Shown here: in pieces, positions 28,914 through 38,190 of the stretch
Layout: each line of letters opens with the position of its first letter
Numbering within the stretch: position 1 is the stretch's first letter
Assembly: GCA_036732645.1 (NCBI GenBank)
Contig: DAINCA010000001.1
Location: forward strand, 1 to 43,158
Source of the DNA: Allosphingosinicella sp.
GTDB lineage: Bacteria > Pseudomonadota > Alphaproteobacteria > Sphingomonadales > Sphingomonadaceae
Direction: 5' to 3'
Length of the DNA: 43,158 nt
Translations under genes and position numbers: made by a program
The notes under the pieces: model-generated
Databases searched by the model: none
The model's input: only the letters and a program-made list of their open reading frames with translations
What the model was told of the DNA's origin: nothing

Positions 28914-28981
28914 GATCTTGAATTCCCCCGCTTCGGTCCGACTTGCTTGACTCGCTTTAGCAAAGCGAGTCTGCCCCTGTC

Positions 28982-29584
28982 ATGAACGAAAAAGCGATGA
29001 ACCGACTGTCCGTCCTGCTGATCACGATGCTTGCCTTGATGCTCTCGAGCTGTGCCCAGCCGGCCGGCGATCCACCGCTCAAGGGCGCAACGATGGGCGG
29101 CCCGTTCACGCTCACCAGTCACCAGGGGCAACGGATCAGCGACACGGATTTCGCGGGCAAGTACCGCCTCATCTATTTCGGTTACTCTTATTGTCCCGAC
29201 GTCTGCCCAATCGACCTGCAGACCCTTTCCGCCGGTCTTCGCCAGTTCGAAGGCGAAAGTGGCGAGAGAGCGGCAAAGGTGCAGCCCATCTTCATCACCG
29301 TCGATCCGCAACGGGACACGGTCGAGGCGTTGAGCCGCTACGTCGCCGCCTTTCACCCTCGCCTGATCGGCCTAACCGGAAGTCCCGACGAGATTGCCCG
29401 CACAGCACGCGCCTTCGCCATCACCTATCAGGCGCAGCCGCCGGCGACGCCCGGCGGAGAATATCTTGTCGACCACATGCGCCTCTTTGTCCTTTATGGT
29501 CCCGAGGGCGAGCCGATCGCGATCATCCCCCATGACGAGGGTCCGGCCGGAGTCGCCGCGGAGTTGAACAAATGGGTGCGCTGA
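28982..29584 (+). CDS. SCO/SenC family copper chaperone lipoprotein
   Basis: Lipobox [15 protein letters not shown] (CxxxC), ITVDP.RDT, YLVDH. Confidence 0.94.
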   Translation: MNEKAMNRLSVLLITMLALMLSSCAQPAGDPPLKGATMGGPFTLTSHQGQRISDTDFAGKYRLIYFGYSYCPDVCPIDLQTLSAGLRQFEGESGERAAKVQPIFITVDPQRDTVEALSRYVAAFHPRLIGLTGSPDEIARTARAFAITYQAQPPATPGGEYLVDHMRLFVLYGPEGEPIAIIPHDEGPAGVAAELNKWVR

Positions 29585-30012
29585 GGGCGCTTTTCTGGGA
29601 GCTGCCTCTGGCGGAGCTCAACCGCGCGGAGTGGGAGGCCTTGTGCGACGGCTGCGGCAAATGCTGCCTGCACAAGCTCGAGGACGAGATGACGGGCGAG
29701 CTGTTCCCAACCAACGTCGCCTGCCGGTTGCTCGATCGCAGGAGTTGCCGGTGCAGCGATTATCGGGACCGCCGCGCTTATGTCCCCGATTGCGTCCGGC
29801 TGAGCCAGGCGAACATCGCCCGGATGGACTGGCTTCCTTCGACCTGCGCCTATCGGCTGCGCCACGAAAACCGGCCATTGTTCGACTGGCACTATCTGAT
29901 CAGCGGCGACCCGGAGTCGGTCCACGAAGCGGGTATATCGGTGCGCGGTTGGACCGTGACCGAAGACGAAGCCGGCCAACTCGAACATCATATCGTCGAC
30001 CGTGAGCTCTGA
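29572..30012 (+). CDS. YcgN/UPF0260 cysteine-cluster protein
   Basis: [35 protein letters not shown]. Confidence 0.93.
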   Translation: MGALRALFWELPLAELNRAEWEALCDGCGKCCLHKLEDEMTGELFPTNVACRLLDRRSCRCSDYRDRRAYVPDCVRLSQANIARMDWLPSTCAYRLRHENRPLFDWHYLISGDPESVHEAGISVRGWTVTEDEAGQLEHHIVDREL

Positions 30013-30697
30013 GCTCGATTTCGCCGGCACCCCGCTGACGGTTCGCGTCTCGCCGCGGGCGCGGCGGCTTCGGCTTCGGGTGGACCCACGAACCCGAGAA
30101 GTATTGCTGACCGTGCCGAAACGCACCTCGCAACGTCAGGCCTTGGCTTGGGCCGCCGGTCATCGCGACTGGATCGAATCGCAGCTGGCGGAGATCCCCG
30201 AAGCTGCGCCCATCGTCCCGGGAAGCACGGTCCCCTTCCGTGGCGAAAGCCTCTTCATCGACTGGGATGCGGCGAAGCCGCGCCGAATCGAACTGGTTGG
30301 CGATCGTCTCCGCGTTGGCGGCCCCCTCGAGAATCTGGAGGGGCGGGTCCTGCGCTGGCTGAAGATCCAGGCTCAGGCGATCCTGGCCCAGGAGACGGCG
30401 GATCTGGCGAAGACGGCCGGCGCACGTCTCGAACGGACCGGTATCGGTGATCCGGTTTCGCGCTGGGGCAGCTGCTCCGCCAAAGGCGCAATCCGCTACA
30501 GCTGGCGACTGATCATGGCGCCCGACTTCGTCCGGCGCGCGACTGTAGCTCATGAGGTGGCGCACCTGATCCACCTCAACCACGGTCGCGAATTTCATCG
30601 GCTCGTCGAGGGGCTCCTGGGCGAGGATCCGCGTCCGGCCCGCTTATGGTTACGGCGCGAGGGCGCGACCCTGCATCGGGTCGGCCGGCACGTCTGA
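30002..30697 (+). CDS. YgjP/DUF45-like zinc metallohydrolase
   Basis: [18 protein letters not shown]...F (HExxH motif). Confidence 0.9.
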   Translation: MSSELDFAGTPLTVRVSPRARRLRLRVDPRTREVLLTVPKRTSQRQALAWAAGHRDWIESQLAEIPEAAPIVPGSTVPFRGESLFIDWDAAKPRRIELVGDRLRVGGPLENLEGRVLRWLKIQAQAILAQETADLAKTAGARLERTGIGDPVSRWGSCSAKGAIRYSWRLIMAPDFVRRATVAHEVAHLIHLNHGREFHRLVEGLLGEDPRPARLWLRREGATLHRVGRHV

Positions 30698-30700
30698 ACT

Positions 30701-32797
30701 TCAGATCTTGAACAGATCTCCGCGCGGCGGGTCGCGCGGTTCCGGCTCCGGCGGCCGTCTCGGCGCCGGTTCCCGAACCGGTGGACGCGGCCGATTGATC
30801 GCCCGGTCCAGCCAGTCCCGGTCGAGCCTTTCCTCCTTCGGCTGCTCCTCGCTTACGCCGCTTTCGTCGGGCGCGATCTTCTCCGGCGGGACACTGGGGC
30901 CGATCGGATTGCCATTCTCGTCGACGAAAGCGGGCGAATCGTCGGGAGGCGCGAACCAGACATCTTCGTCTGGCTCCGTCTGCCAGTCCGGCGAGGCCAC
31001 CTCGGTTGCGAACGGTTCGGCGGGGCGATTGGCGACGGCGCGGATCATGTAATCATGGAAGGCCTGGGCGGGCGCGCGGCCACCGGCCAGTCCGGCGAGG
31101 CGCCGCGAATCGTCGCGGCCCATCCAGACGCCGGTGGTGATCCCGCTCGAGAAGCCGATGAACCAGCCGTCCTTGTTGGAGCTGGTCGTGCCGGTCTTGC
31201 CGGCAGTGGGCCGGCCAAGATTGGCGCCGCGGCCCGAGCCATGGGTGACGACGCCCTGCAGCAGATCGGTCATCTGGGCGGCCACCCAAGGCGCGACCAG
31301 CACCCGCGATTCATCAGGCTCGTTCTGATAGAGCAAAGTGCCGTCCGCGGTGGTGACCCGCCGGATTCCATAAGGCGTGACCGCCACGCCGCCGCGGGAA
31401 ATCGCCGCATAAGCGCGGGTCATGTCGATCAGTCGGACCTCGGAGGTGCCCAATGCCATGCTCGGATTCGTGTTGATCCGGGTCGTTATTCCCAGCCTTT
31501 GGGCCATGTCGGCCACGGTCCTCGTTCCGACATCCTGCGAGAGCCGGACCGCCACCGTGTTGATCGAGAAAGCGAGCGCCTGCCGAAGTGTCACCGCGCC
31601 TGAGAAGCGCCCGCTGTCGTTGCGCGGGCTCCAGCCGCCAATCGTGATCGGCGAATCCTCAACGACGCTGGTCGGCTCGTAGCCCGCTTCGAGCGCTGCG
31701 AGATAGACGAACAATTTGAACGCCGATCCCGGCTGGCGCGTGGCCTGGGTCGCGCGATTGTAGATCGAGCTGACATAATCGCGGCCGCCGACCATGGCGC
31801 GGACGGCGCCGTCACGGTCGAGGGAGACCAGCGCACCCTGGGCCCCCTGCGGTGTGTGGGCGTTGATCGCCCGGTCGGCGCTTGCCTGCATCCGGAGATC
31901 GAGCGTCGTCCAGACGTCGATTGGCTGAACGGTCTCGTCGATCAGCATGTCGAGCTGAGGCAGGACCCAGTCGGTGAAATAACGCGTACTGTTCTGGCGT
32001 TCGGACGTCCGGACCAGCTCGACGTCGTCCGGATCCGATGCCGACGCCTGGCGCTGGGTGATGGTGCCGTTGCGGACCATCAGGTCGATGACGACGCTGG
32101 CGCGATCGCGGGCGGCATCGGTGTCGGCGGTCGGCGAGTAATTGGACGGAGCCTTGACCAGGCCGGCGATGATCGCGGCCTCGGCGATTCCCAGCTGGTT
32201 GGCGCTATGGCCGAAAAAGCGCCTCGAGGCGGCGTCGATTCCGTAGGCGCCGCCACCGAAATAGACCCGGTTGAGATAGAGTTCGAGAATCTGGTCCTTG
32301 GAAAAGCGCCACTCCAGAGCGAGCGCCAATATCCCTTCGCGGACCTTGCGGGTGAAACTGCGATCGTTGGTCAGGAAGATGTTGCGGGCGAGCTGCTGGG
32401 TGATCGTCGAAACGCCGCGCACCCGCCCGCCGTCAGTGGCGCTGATCCACAGGCCGCGGCCGATGCCGACGGGATCGACACCCGGATGGGATCGAAAGCG
32501 CCGGTCCTCGACCGCCACCATCGCATCGCGCATGATCGGCGGGATCTGGTCGTATCTGAGCCATTCCCCGAAGCTCGGACCCATCGAATGGATGACGCTG
32601 CCGTCGGCGGCCCGAACCCGGATCATCTGCCCGAGATCGTCGCGCCGGATCAGCTCCGGATAGGTCGGCAACTGGCTGACCGCGACGGACACCGCCACGC
32701 CAAGCGCCACCAAAGCGACCACCAGCAAATAAGCGGCGATCTTCAGGCTGGTGACGAGGATTCGCCGAAAGCGGGAGGGAGGGACGGCGCTGGCCAT
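30701..32797 (-). CDS. Class A penicillin-binding protein (PBP1A family)
   Basis: N-terminal TM helix; transglycosylase motifs EDRRF..H.G and STITQQL; transpeptidase motifs SAFK, SIN and KTG; Pro-rich tail. Confidence 0.96.
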   Translation of the reverse strand: MASAVPPSRFRRILVTSLKIAAYLLVVALVALGVAVSVAVSQLPTYPELIRRDDLGQMIRVRAADGSVIHSMGPSFGEWLRYDQIPPIMRDAMVAVEDRRFRSHPGVDPVGIGRGLWISATDGGRVRGVSTITQQLARNIFLTNDRSFTRKVREGILALALEWRFSKDQILELYLNRVYFGGGAYGIDAASRRFFGHSANQLGIAEAAIIAGLVKAPSNYSPTADTDAARDRASVVIDLMVRNGTITQRQASASDPDDVELVRTSERQNSTRYFTDWVLPQLDMLIDETVQPIDVWTTLDLRMQASADRAINAHTPQGAQGALVSLDRDGAVRAMVGGRDYVSSIYNRATQATRQPGSAFKLFVYLAALEAGYEPTSVVEDSPITIGGWSPRNDSGRFSGAVTLRQALAFSINTVAVRLSQDVGTRTVADMAQRLGITTRINTNPSMALGTSEVRLIDMTRAYAAISRGGVAVTPYGIRRVTTADGTLLYQNEPDESRVLVAPWVAAQMTDLLQGVVTHGSGRGANLGRPTAGKTGTTSSNKDGWFIGFSSGITTGVWMGRDDSRRLAGLAGGRAPAQAFHDYMIRAVANRPAEPFATEVASPDWQTEPDEDVWFAPPDDSPAFVDENGNPIGPSVPPEKIAPDESGVSEEQPKEERLDRDWLDRAINRPRPPVREPAPRRPPEPEPRDPPRGDLFKI

Positions 32798-32863
32798 TAA
32801 TGCCTAGCGATAGGGGTGCGGAGTCATGGCGGCAAGAAGAAGCGAGGTCGCCTTAACGGCGGC

Positions 32864-33259
32864 TTACTCGTCTTTCTCGAAATCGAGCGCCGCGGAATTG
32901 ATGCAGTAACGTAGCCCTTCCGGTCCGGGGCCGTCAGGGAAGAGATGGCCGAGATGGCCGCCGCATGTGGCGCAGCGCACTTCGGTCCGAACCATTCCGT
33001 GCTGGCGATCCTCGTGAAGCGTGACTTTCTGGCGATCGGCCGGACTGGTGAAACTCGGCCAGCCGCTGCCGCTGTCGAACTTGGTGTCGCTGTCGAACAG
33101 TGGCTCGCCGCAGCCGGCGCAGCGATAGCGGCCTTCGTCGTGATTATCCACGTAGAGGCCGGTGAAGGCGCGCTCGGTGCCGCCGTGCCGCAAGACCTGA
33201 TATTGTTCGGGCGAGAGGCGTCGCCGCCATTCCTCGTCGGGCATGTCCTTGGGATCCAT
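32864..33259 (-). CDS. msrB: Peptide methionine sulfoxide reductase MsrB
   Basis: GTERAF, two CxxC pairs, [21 protein letters not shown]. Confidence 0.96.
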   Translation of the reverse strand: MDPKDMPDEEWRRRLSPEQYQVLRHGGTERAFTGLYVDNHDEGRYRCAGCGEPLFDSDTKFDSGSGWPSFTSPADRQKVTLHEDRQHGMVRTEVRCATCGGHLGHLFPDGPGPEGLRYCINSAALDFEKDE

Positions 33260-33392
33260 GAAAGTGATGTGGGGGATCCGCCTCACAGGTTCAATCCGGC
33301 GCAGTTCAGAACCACGCGAGGACCGAGAGGAGGCCGCTTGCGGCAAAGTCGTCTCGCGCGACTTTGAAGGCCGTTGCTGCTAGGTTCGAACG

Positions 33393-34559
33393 ATGTCGGA
33401 GATAGTCCGCCTCGTACATGATGCGCCGGACGGCGCAGAGGATCTGAGCCTCCCCGGCTGGGTCTATCATGACCCCGAATATTTTCGTGTCGAGATGGCC
33501 CGGTTGATCCGGCCTTCATGGCAGATCGTCTGCCATGCCAGCGACCTTGCCTATCCGGGCCAGTGGCGGACGCTCGAGCTGCTCGACGAGAGCCTGCTGG
33601 TGATCCGCGGCGGCGACGGCGAGATCCGCGCCTTTGCCAATGTCTGCCGTCACCGCGGCTCGCGTCTCGTCGACGGTCAGGAGGGCTGCAGCCGCCGGCT
33701 GACTTGTCCCTATCATGCCTGGACTTATGGCGACGACGGACGACTGATAAAAGTACCGCATCAATCCGACTATCCCGGTCTCGACAGGGGGACACACGGC
33801 CTGACCCCGATCGAGCTCGAAACCTGGCGTGGCTTCGTCTTCGTTCGTCTCGAGAGCGGCGGTCCGACGGTCGCTGAGATGATGGCGCCGTTCGAGCCGG
33901 AGATCGCGCCGCACCGGTTCGAATCGCTGAAGGCGATCGGTCGGGTGACGATGAGGCCGCGCGACGTGAACTGGAAGAACGTCGCGGACAATTATTCGGA
34001 CGGGCTTCACATCTCCGTCGCTCATCCGGGGCTCACCCGATTGTTCGGCAACGCTTACCGGATCGAGGCCGGCGAGCATGTCGATCGAATGTCTGGCGAT
34101 CTCGTCGATCGTCCGTCGTCCAACCTGTCGGAGCTTATGTATCAGAAGCTGCTGCCGCCTTCCGACCATCTGCCTCGGGGACAAGGTCGGAGCTGGCTCT
34201 ATTTCAAGCTCTGGCCGAACGTCGCCTTCGACATCTATCCGGACCAGGTCGATTTCATGCATTTCGTTCCGGTCGGGCCGACGACCACGATGATTCGCGA
34301 GATCAGCTACGCGCTTCCCGACGATCGCCGCGAGATGAAGGCCGCGCGTTACCTCAACTGGCGGATCAACCGACGGGTCAATGCCGAGGATACGGCGCTC
34401 ATCGACCGAATCCAGAAAGGGATGGCGTCCATTTATTATCGGCCCGGACCGCTTGGCGAGAGCGAGGTCTGCCTTCGAAGCTTCGCTCGGAAGCTTCGCC
34501 GAATCATTCCTGAAACGCGTCGAGAATCGCCGCCGCCGGCGGGATGGAGCGGGCTCTAG
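33393..34559 (+). CDS. Rieske non-heme iron oxygenase alpha subunit
   Basis: CRH...CPYH Rieske motif; NWK..ADNYSDGLH...AH mononuclear iron site; C-terminal ED. Confidence 0.93.
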   Translation: MSEIVRLVHDAPDGAEDLSLPGWVYHDPEYFRVEMARLIRPSWQIVCHASDLAYPGQWRTLELLDESLLVIRGGDGEIRAFANVCRHRGSRLVDGQEGCSRRLTCPYHAWTYGDDGRLIKVPHQSDYPGLDRGTHGLTPIELETWRGFVFVRLESGGPTVAEMMAPFEPEIAPHRFESLKAIGRVTMRPRDVNWKNVADNYSDGLHISVAHPGLTRLFGNAYRIEAGEHVDRMSGDLVDRPSSNLSELMYQKLLPPSDHLPRGQGRSWLYFKLWPNVAFDIYPDQVDFMHFVPVGPTTTMIREISYALPDDRREMKAARYLNWRINRRVNAEDTALIDRIQKGMASIYYRPGPLGESEVCLRSFARKLRRIIPETRRESPPPAGWSGL

Positions 34560-34618
34560 CGGGCGGTGAAGAGCTGTGCTCCTTAGCTGCGCCTGAGGGA
34601 GCGCAGCGATTGGTTCAT

Positions 34619-34705
34619 TGGTGCGGTCGAGAAGACTCGAACTTCCACGGCCTTTCGGCCACAGCGACCTCAACGCTGCGCGTCTACCAGTTCCGCCACG
34701 ACCGC
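34619..34705 (-). tRNA. tRNA-Leu(GAG), 87 nt, CCA encoded
   Basis: Acceptor stem GCGGTCG/CGACCGC, anticodon arm CAGCG-TTGAGGT-CGCTG, long variable arm GGCC-GAAA-GGCC, T-loop GTTCGAG. Confidence 0.98.
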
Positions 34706-34749
34706 ACACATGAAACCGCCGGCTCGAGGCCGGCGCTGGCAGGCGGGTG

Positions 34750-34778
34750 CCTCTAGCAGCCGTCCCGCGGAACCGCAA
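34750..34778 (-). promoter_or_regulatory. Sigma70-type promoter of tRNA-Leu
   Basis: Minus strand TTGCGG-N17-TAGAGG followed by a GC-rich discriminator. Confidence 0.55.
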
Positions 34779-34784
34779 CGGCTT

Positions 34785-35885
34785 CTAGTAAAGGAACATG
34801 GGCATGCCCTCGACCCGCATCAAGCGCGCCCGGTAGCTCGCTTTGTCGTAGAGCGCGCTGACGTCGACGGACTTGTGGCCGTGAAGCAAGGTGTCGATCG
34901 GGACATGGGCATAATTTCCGTCGGTGAGAGTCACCATCCTGGCGGTTTCGCCGCGCTCCAGAAGCTGGATGGCGAGCCCGCCGAAAGCGAAACCCACCAT
35001 CCGGTCCATGGCGTCGGGCTCGCCTGATCGCATCAGATAAGCGAGTTCCTGGATGACCACCCCTTCACGGAGGCGGGCGCCGATCGCCTGGCCCAGACGG
35101 TGGCCGATGCCGGTGTCGGAGCGCTCGATCGCCGACCGGCTCAAGTCGTCGTCGTCTTCGGCTTCGCCCTTGATGCTCGCGCCTTCCGAGATGACGCACA
35201 TCGCATAATGGGCAGGGTTCGAGGCCTTGTCCTCGGCGAGGAGCGGCAACAATATGTCGAGATCCGCAGGGACCTCGGCGATGATCGTCCGATCCACCTG
35301 GGCGAGGAAGCCGGCAAGCAAGGCGGTTTCCCCGCTCCGCCGCCCGAACAATTCGACGACGCCAATCCGTTCGTGGCTCTCGACCGTGGTTCGAAGGGCA
35401 TTGATCGCCTCGACTGACCGGCTGACGGCGGTCGAGAAGCCGATGCAATAATCAGTGCCGTAGACGTCATTGTCCATCGTCTTGGGGACGGAGATGACCG
35501 GGACGCCCTGCGCCGCGAGATGCGCGGAGAAACGCAGGGTTCCGTCGCCGCCGAGCGTGATCATCGCATCGACGCCGAGCGCATCGATCACCTCGAGAAC
35601 GTGAGCGGTGCGATCGCCGCCTTCGGCGGTGCGCGGATCGCGCCGCGAGGTATGGAGGATCGTACCGCCTTCGCGGTCGATCCCGCGGACCGCTTCGCGG
35701 CTGAGCTGAATGCTGTTGGCCTCGATACTGTCTCGGTCACCGGGGTCGATCGCCATCACCCCTTCCCAGCCGCGGCGGAAACCGATGACGTTCCAGCCGA
35801 GATCGTCGGCCGAGAGAACGGCCGACCTGATGCAGGCGTTGAGACCCGGGACGTCGCCGCCGCCGGTGAGTATTCCGATCCGCAT
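34785..35885 (-). CDS. 6-phosphofructokinase (PfkA family, group III-like)
   Basis: LTGGGDVPGLNA, GGTILHTSR, GGDGT, PKTMDND, ELFGR. Confidence 0.92.
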   Translation of the reverse strand: MRIGILTGGGDVPGLNACIRSAVLSADDLGWNVIGFRRGWEGVMAIDPGDRDSIEANSIQLSREAVRGIDREGGTILHTSRRDPRTAEGGDRTAHVLEVIDALGVDAMITLGGDGTLRFSAHLAAQGVPVISVPKTMDNDVYGTDYCIGFSTAVSRSVEAINALRTTVESHERIGVVELFGRRSGETALLAGFLAQVDRTIIAEVPADLDILLPLLAEDKASNPAHYAMCVISEGASIKGEAEDDDDLSRSAIERSDTGIGHRLGQAIGARLREGVVIQELAYLMRSGEPDAMDRMVGFAFGGLAIQLLERGETARMVTLTDGNYAHVPIDTLLHGHKSVDVSALYDKASYRARLMRVEGMPMFLY

Positions 35886-35909
35886 GGCGACCGTCTATCG
35901 ACGGCGGCC

Positions 35910-37271
35910 ATGTCGGACAACCGGGCAGAGACGATGACGGAGGCGGGGCGGATCGTCCGCCTGGCATGGCCGATCATGCTGACCAGCCTGAACTGGACGT
36001 TGATGCACCTCATCGATGTCGCGGTCGTCGGCCATTATGGAACCGACGAGCTCGCGGCGCTTGCGGCGAGCCGGATCCTCACCTTCATCTCGATCGTCAT
36101 CGGCTTCGCGGGCCTGTCGGGAGTATTGGTGTTCGCGGCTCGCGCCGACGGCGGCGGGGAGCTCGCGGAAACCGGTGAGATCCTGCGTTCGGGCCTGATC
36201 CTCGGCCTGATCATGGGATGCGTGATGGCCGCGATTCTGGGCGTGGGCGCCTTCGAGCTGCTGGCCCTGGTGGATGTCGAACCGTCATTGCGCGGTCCCG
36301 GTGCGGCCGTCGTCCAGGCGATGGCGATCGCCTTCCCAGCCCAGTTCCTGCTCGCCGCTTCCTCTTATTTCCTCGAAGGGATCAGTCGCCCCCGACGGGT
36401 CATGACCGTCAACCTGCTCATGCTCCCGGTCAACGGCTTGCTCGCCTGGGCGTGGGTGGGCGGGCATCTCGGCCTTCCCGCCTTGGGCGCGGTCGGCGCC
36501 GCTTATGCGACGGCGGCGGTGTCCTGGGGCGGAGCGGCGGCGATGCTGACCGTGATCTGGCGATTGCCTCGCGCGAGCGAGCGCCGCGTGCGCGATCTGA
36601 GCGCGGCGGCTTGGGGTCGCGCCCTTGCCCGGATAAGAAAGCTCGCCGGCTTCGGATTGATGCCGGCGATCGGCGCTTCGCTGGAACTTGCCGGCTTTGC
36701 CTGGCTGATGGTCTTGTCCACCCAGCTCGGCAATGAAGCGGCGGGGGCGTTCCAGGCCATGCTGTCGGTGCACAACATCGCTTTCGCTCTGTCGATGGGA
36801 TTCGGCTCAGCCGCCGGAGTCCGCGTCGGCAATGCAGTGGGCGCCGGGGAGCGCCACGAGGCCTGGCCGCGCAGTCTCATCGCCGGCGCCCTTGCCGCCA
36901 TCATCCTCGGGATCGGCTCATTATTGCTGGTTTTCGCCGCGGAGGGCCTGGTCTGGCCCTTTTCGGACGATCGCTCGGTGCTTGCATTGGCGGCCTCGAT
37001 GCTCGCCATCATGGGCGCCTTCCTGATCTTCGACGGACTTCAATATGTGTTCGGATCGGCGCTCCGATCGCTCGGCGAACAAGTGTGGGCCAGCGTCAAC
37101 GGGATCATCGGCTTCTTCGTCGTGACCGGAGGGCTTGGCTGGCTGCTCACCCAGCGCGGCTGGGGACCGGACGGCCTCGCTTATGCCGCGGGCGCCGGAA
37201 TGCTGGTGGCCGCATCGCTCCAGTTCGGCCGGCTGGCATGGGTGTTGCGCGTACCGAAACGCGACCGGTGA
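35910..37271 (+). CDS. MATE family efflux transporter
   Basis: RLAWPI..., D..VVGHYG..ELAA, VRVGNAVGAG, IFDGLQ; about 12 TM helices; alternative start at 35934. Confidence 0.92.
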   Translation: MSDNRAETMTEAGRIVRLAWPIMLTSLNWTLMHLIDVAVVGHYGTDELAALAASRILTFISIVIGFAGLSGVLVFAARADGGGELAETGEILRSGLILGLIMGCVMAAILGVGAFELLALVDVEPSLRGPGAAVVQAMAIAFPAQFLLAASSYFLEGISRPRRVMTVNLLMLPVNGLLAWAWVGGHLGLPALGAVGAAYATAAVSWGGAAAMLTVIWRLPRASERRVRDLSAAAWGRALARIRKLAGFGLMPAIGASLELAGFAWLMVLSTQLGNEAAGAFQAMLSVHNIAFALSMGFGSAAGVRVGNAVGAGERHEAWPRSLIAGALAAIILGIGSLLLVFAAEGLVWPFSDDRSVLALAASMLAIMGAFLIFDGLQYVFGSALRSLGEQVWASVNGIIGFFVVTGGLGWLLTQRGWGPDGLAYAAGAGMLVAASLQFGRLAWVLRVPKRDR

Positions 37272-37290
37272 CGGCTTTCCGAGAGCCGTC

Positions 37291-38034
37291 TCAGGACACT
37301 GGGCCGAAAGCCAGGCTCAAGATCCGGCCGCCGCGCGGCACGTCACGCTCGGCACTGTCGAAATTGACGCGCCCGCCAGGCTGGATGGCCCGAACAGGCG
37401 GCGCGATCGACCAGCCGTAGACAACTCGGCCCTGGGCATCCTTCAGTTCCGCACGAATCTGCGGGACGGTCTGGGTCTCCTCGGTCGGATTGCTGATCTC
37501 GCCGCGCACCTCGAGCAATTCGTTGCCGCTCGCCAGCCAGCGGCGGTCGGCGGTGCCGGTGAGCACCAGCGACTGGCCCGCCTGAACCGGGATACCGATG
37601 CGCTGACCCAGTTCGGGGAGTCCGAAATATTGGATGGCCGCGATCGCGCCGATCATCAACGCCGCGGCAAGGATCGCAAGGATGAGCCACAATTTCGAAC
37701 GGTTTCGTCGCGGCCGGTAGCCGTCTTCCTCGAAAGCGTCCGGCTCAGGGGGAGGTTCGGCCGAAGCTGGCGCATTTTCCTGCCAGGACATCGGCTCGCG
37801 ATCCTCGGTCCGGATTTCACGCCGCGTTTCTCGCGCCTCGCTCGACTGGTCGCCGCGGGCGATGGGAATCACCGCCGCCGTCGCGGTTGCGTTGCTGTCA
37901 TCGGCGACGCGGGAGGGCGGCTCCTGGAACCAGCTGAACCGGCAGCTGGCGCAGCGTACCTTGCGCCCGCTCGGCCCAACGGCGCTGTCCGGCACCACAT
38001 AACGCGTGTCGCAGGACGGACAGGATAGGATCAT
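37291..38034 (-). CDS. zitP: Zinc-finger bitopic membrane protein with DUF3426-like C-terminus (ZitP-like)
   Basis: MILSCPSCDTRY...VRCASCRFSWF zinc ribbon, single TM helix, periplasmic beta domain; divergent from ftsE. Confidence 0.75.
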   Translation of the reverse strand: MILSCPSCDTRYVVPDSAVGPSGRKVRCASCRFSWFQEPPSRVADDSNATATAAVIPIARGDQSSEARETRREIRTEDREPMSWQENAPASAEPPPEPDAFEEDGYRPRRNRSKLWLILAILAAALMIGAIAAIQYFGLPELGQRIGIPVQAGQSLVLTGTADRRWLASGNELLEVRGEISNPTEETQTVPQIRAELKDAQGRVVYGWSIAPPVRAIQPGGRVNFDSAERDVPRGGRILSLAFGPVS

Positions 38035-38190
38035 GGATACGCGGGCCCCACCGGGTTCTTGACCGACTCTAAGCACGGGTGCGGCGGGCCTTGCAAGTAA
38101 ATGACGGAGAATGCGCGACTTGCGGCCTGCTTTACGTCACCGCCGCTCGCGTGCCATGGCTGCGCTGCGCATCGTTTCGGGGAGGGCGTC

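Noticed and set aside
34560..34720. tRNA-Leu as a possible integration site
   Set aside because: No integrase, no duplicated tRNA 3' end and no obvious compositional island in the window.
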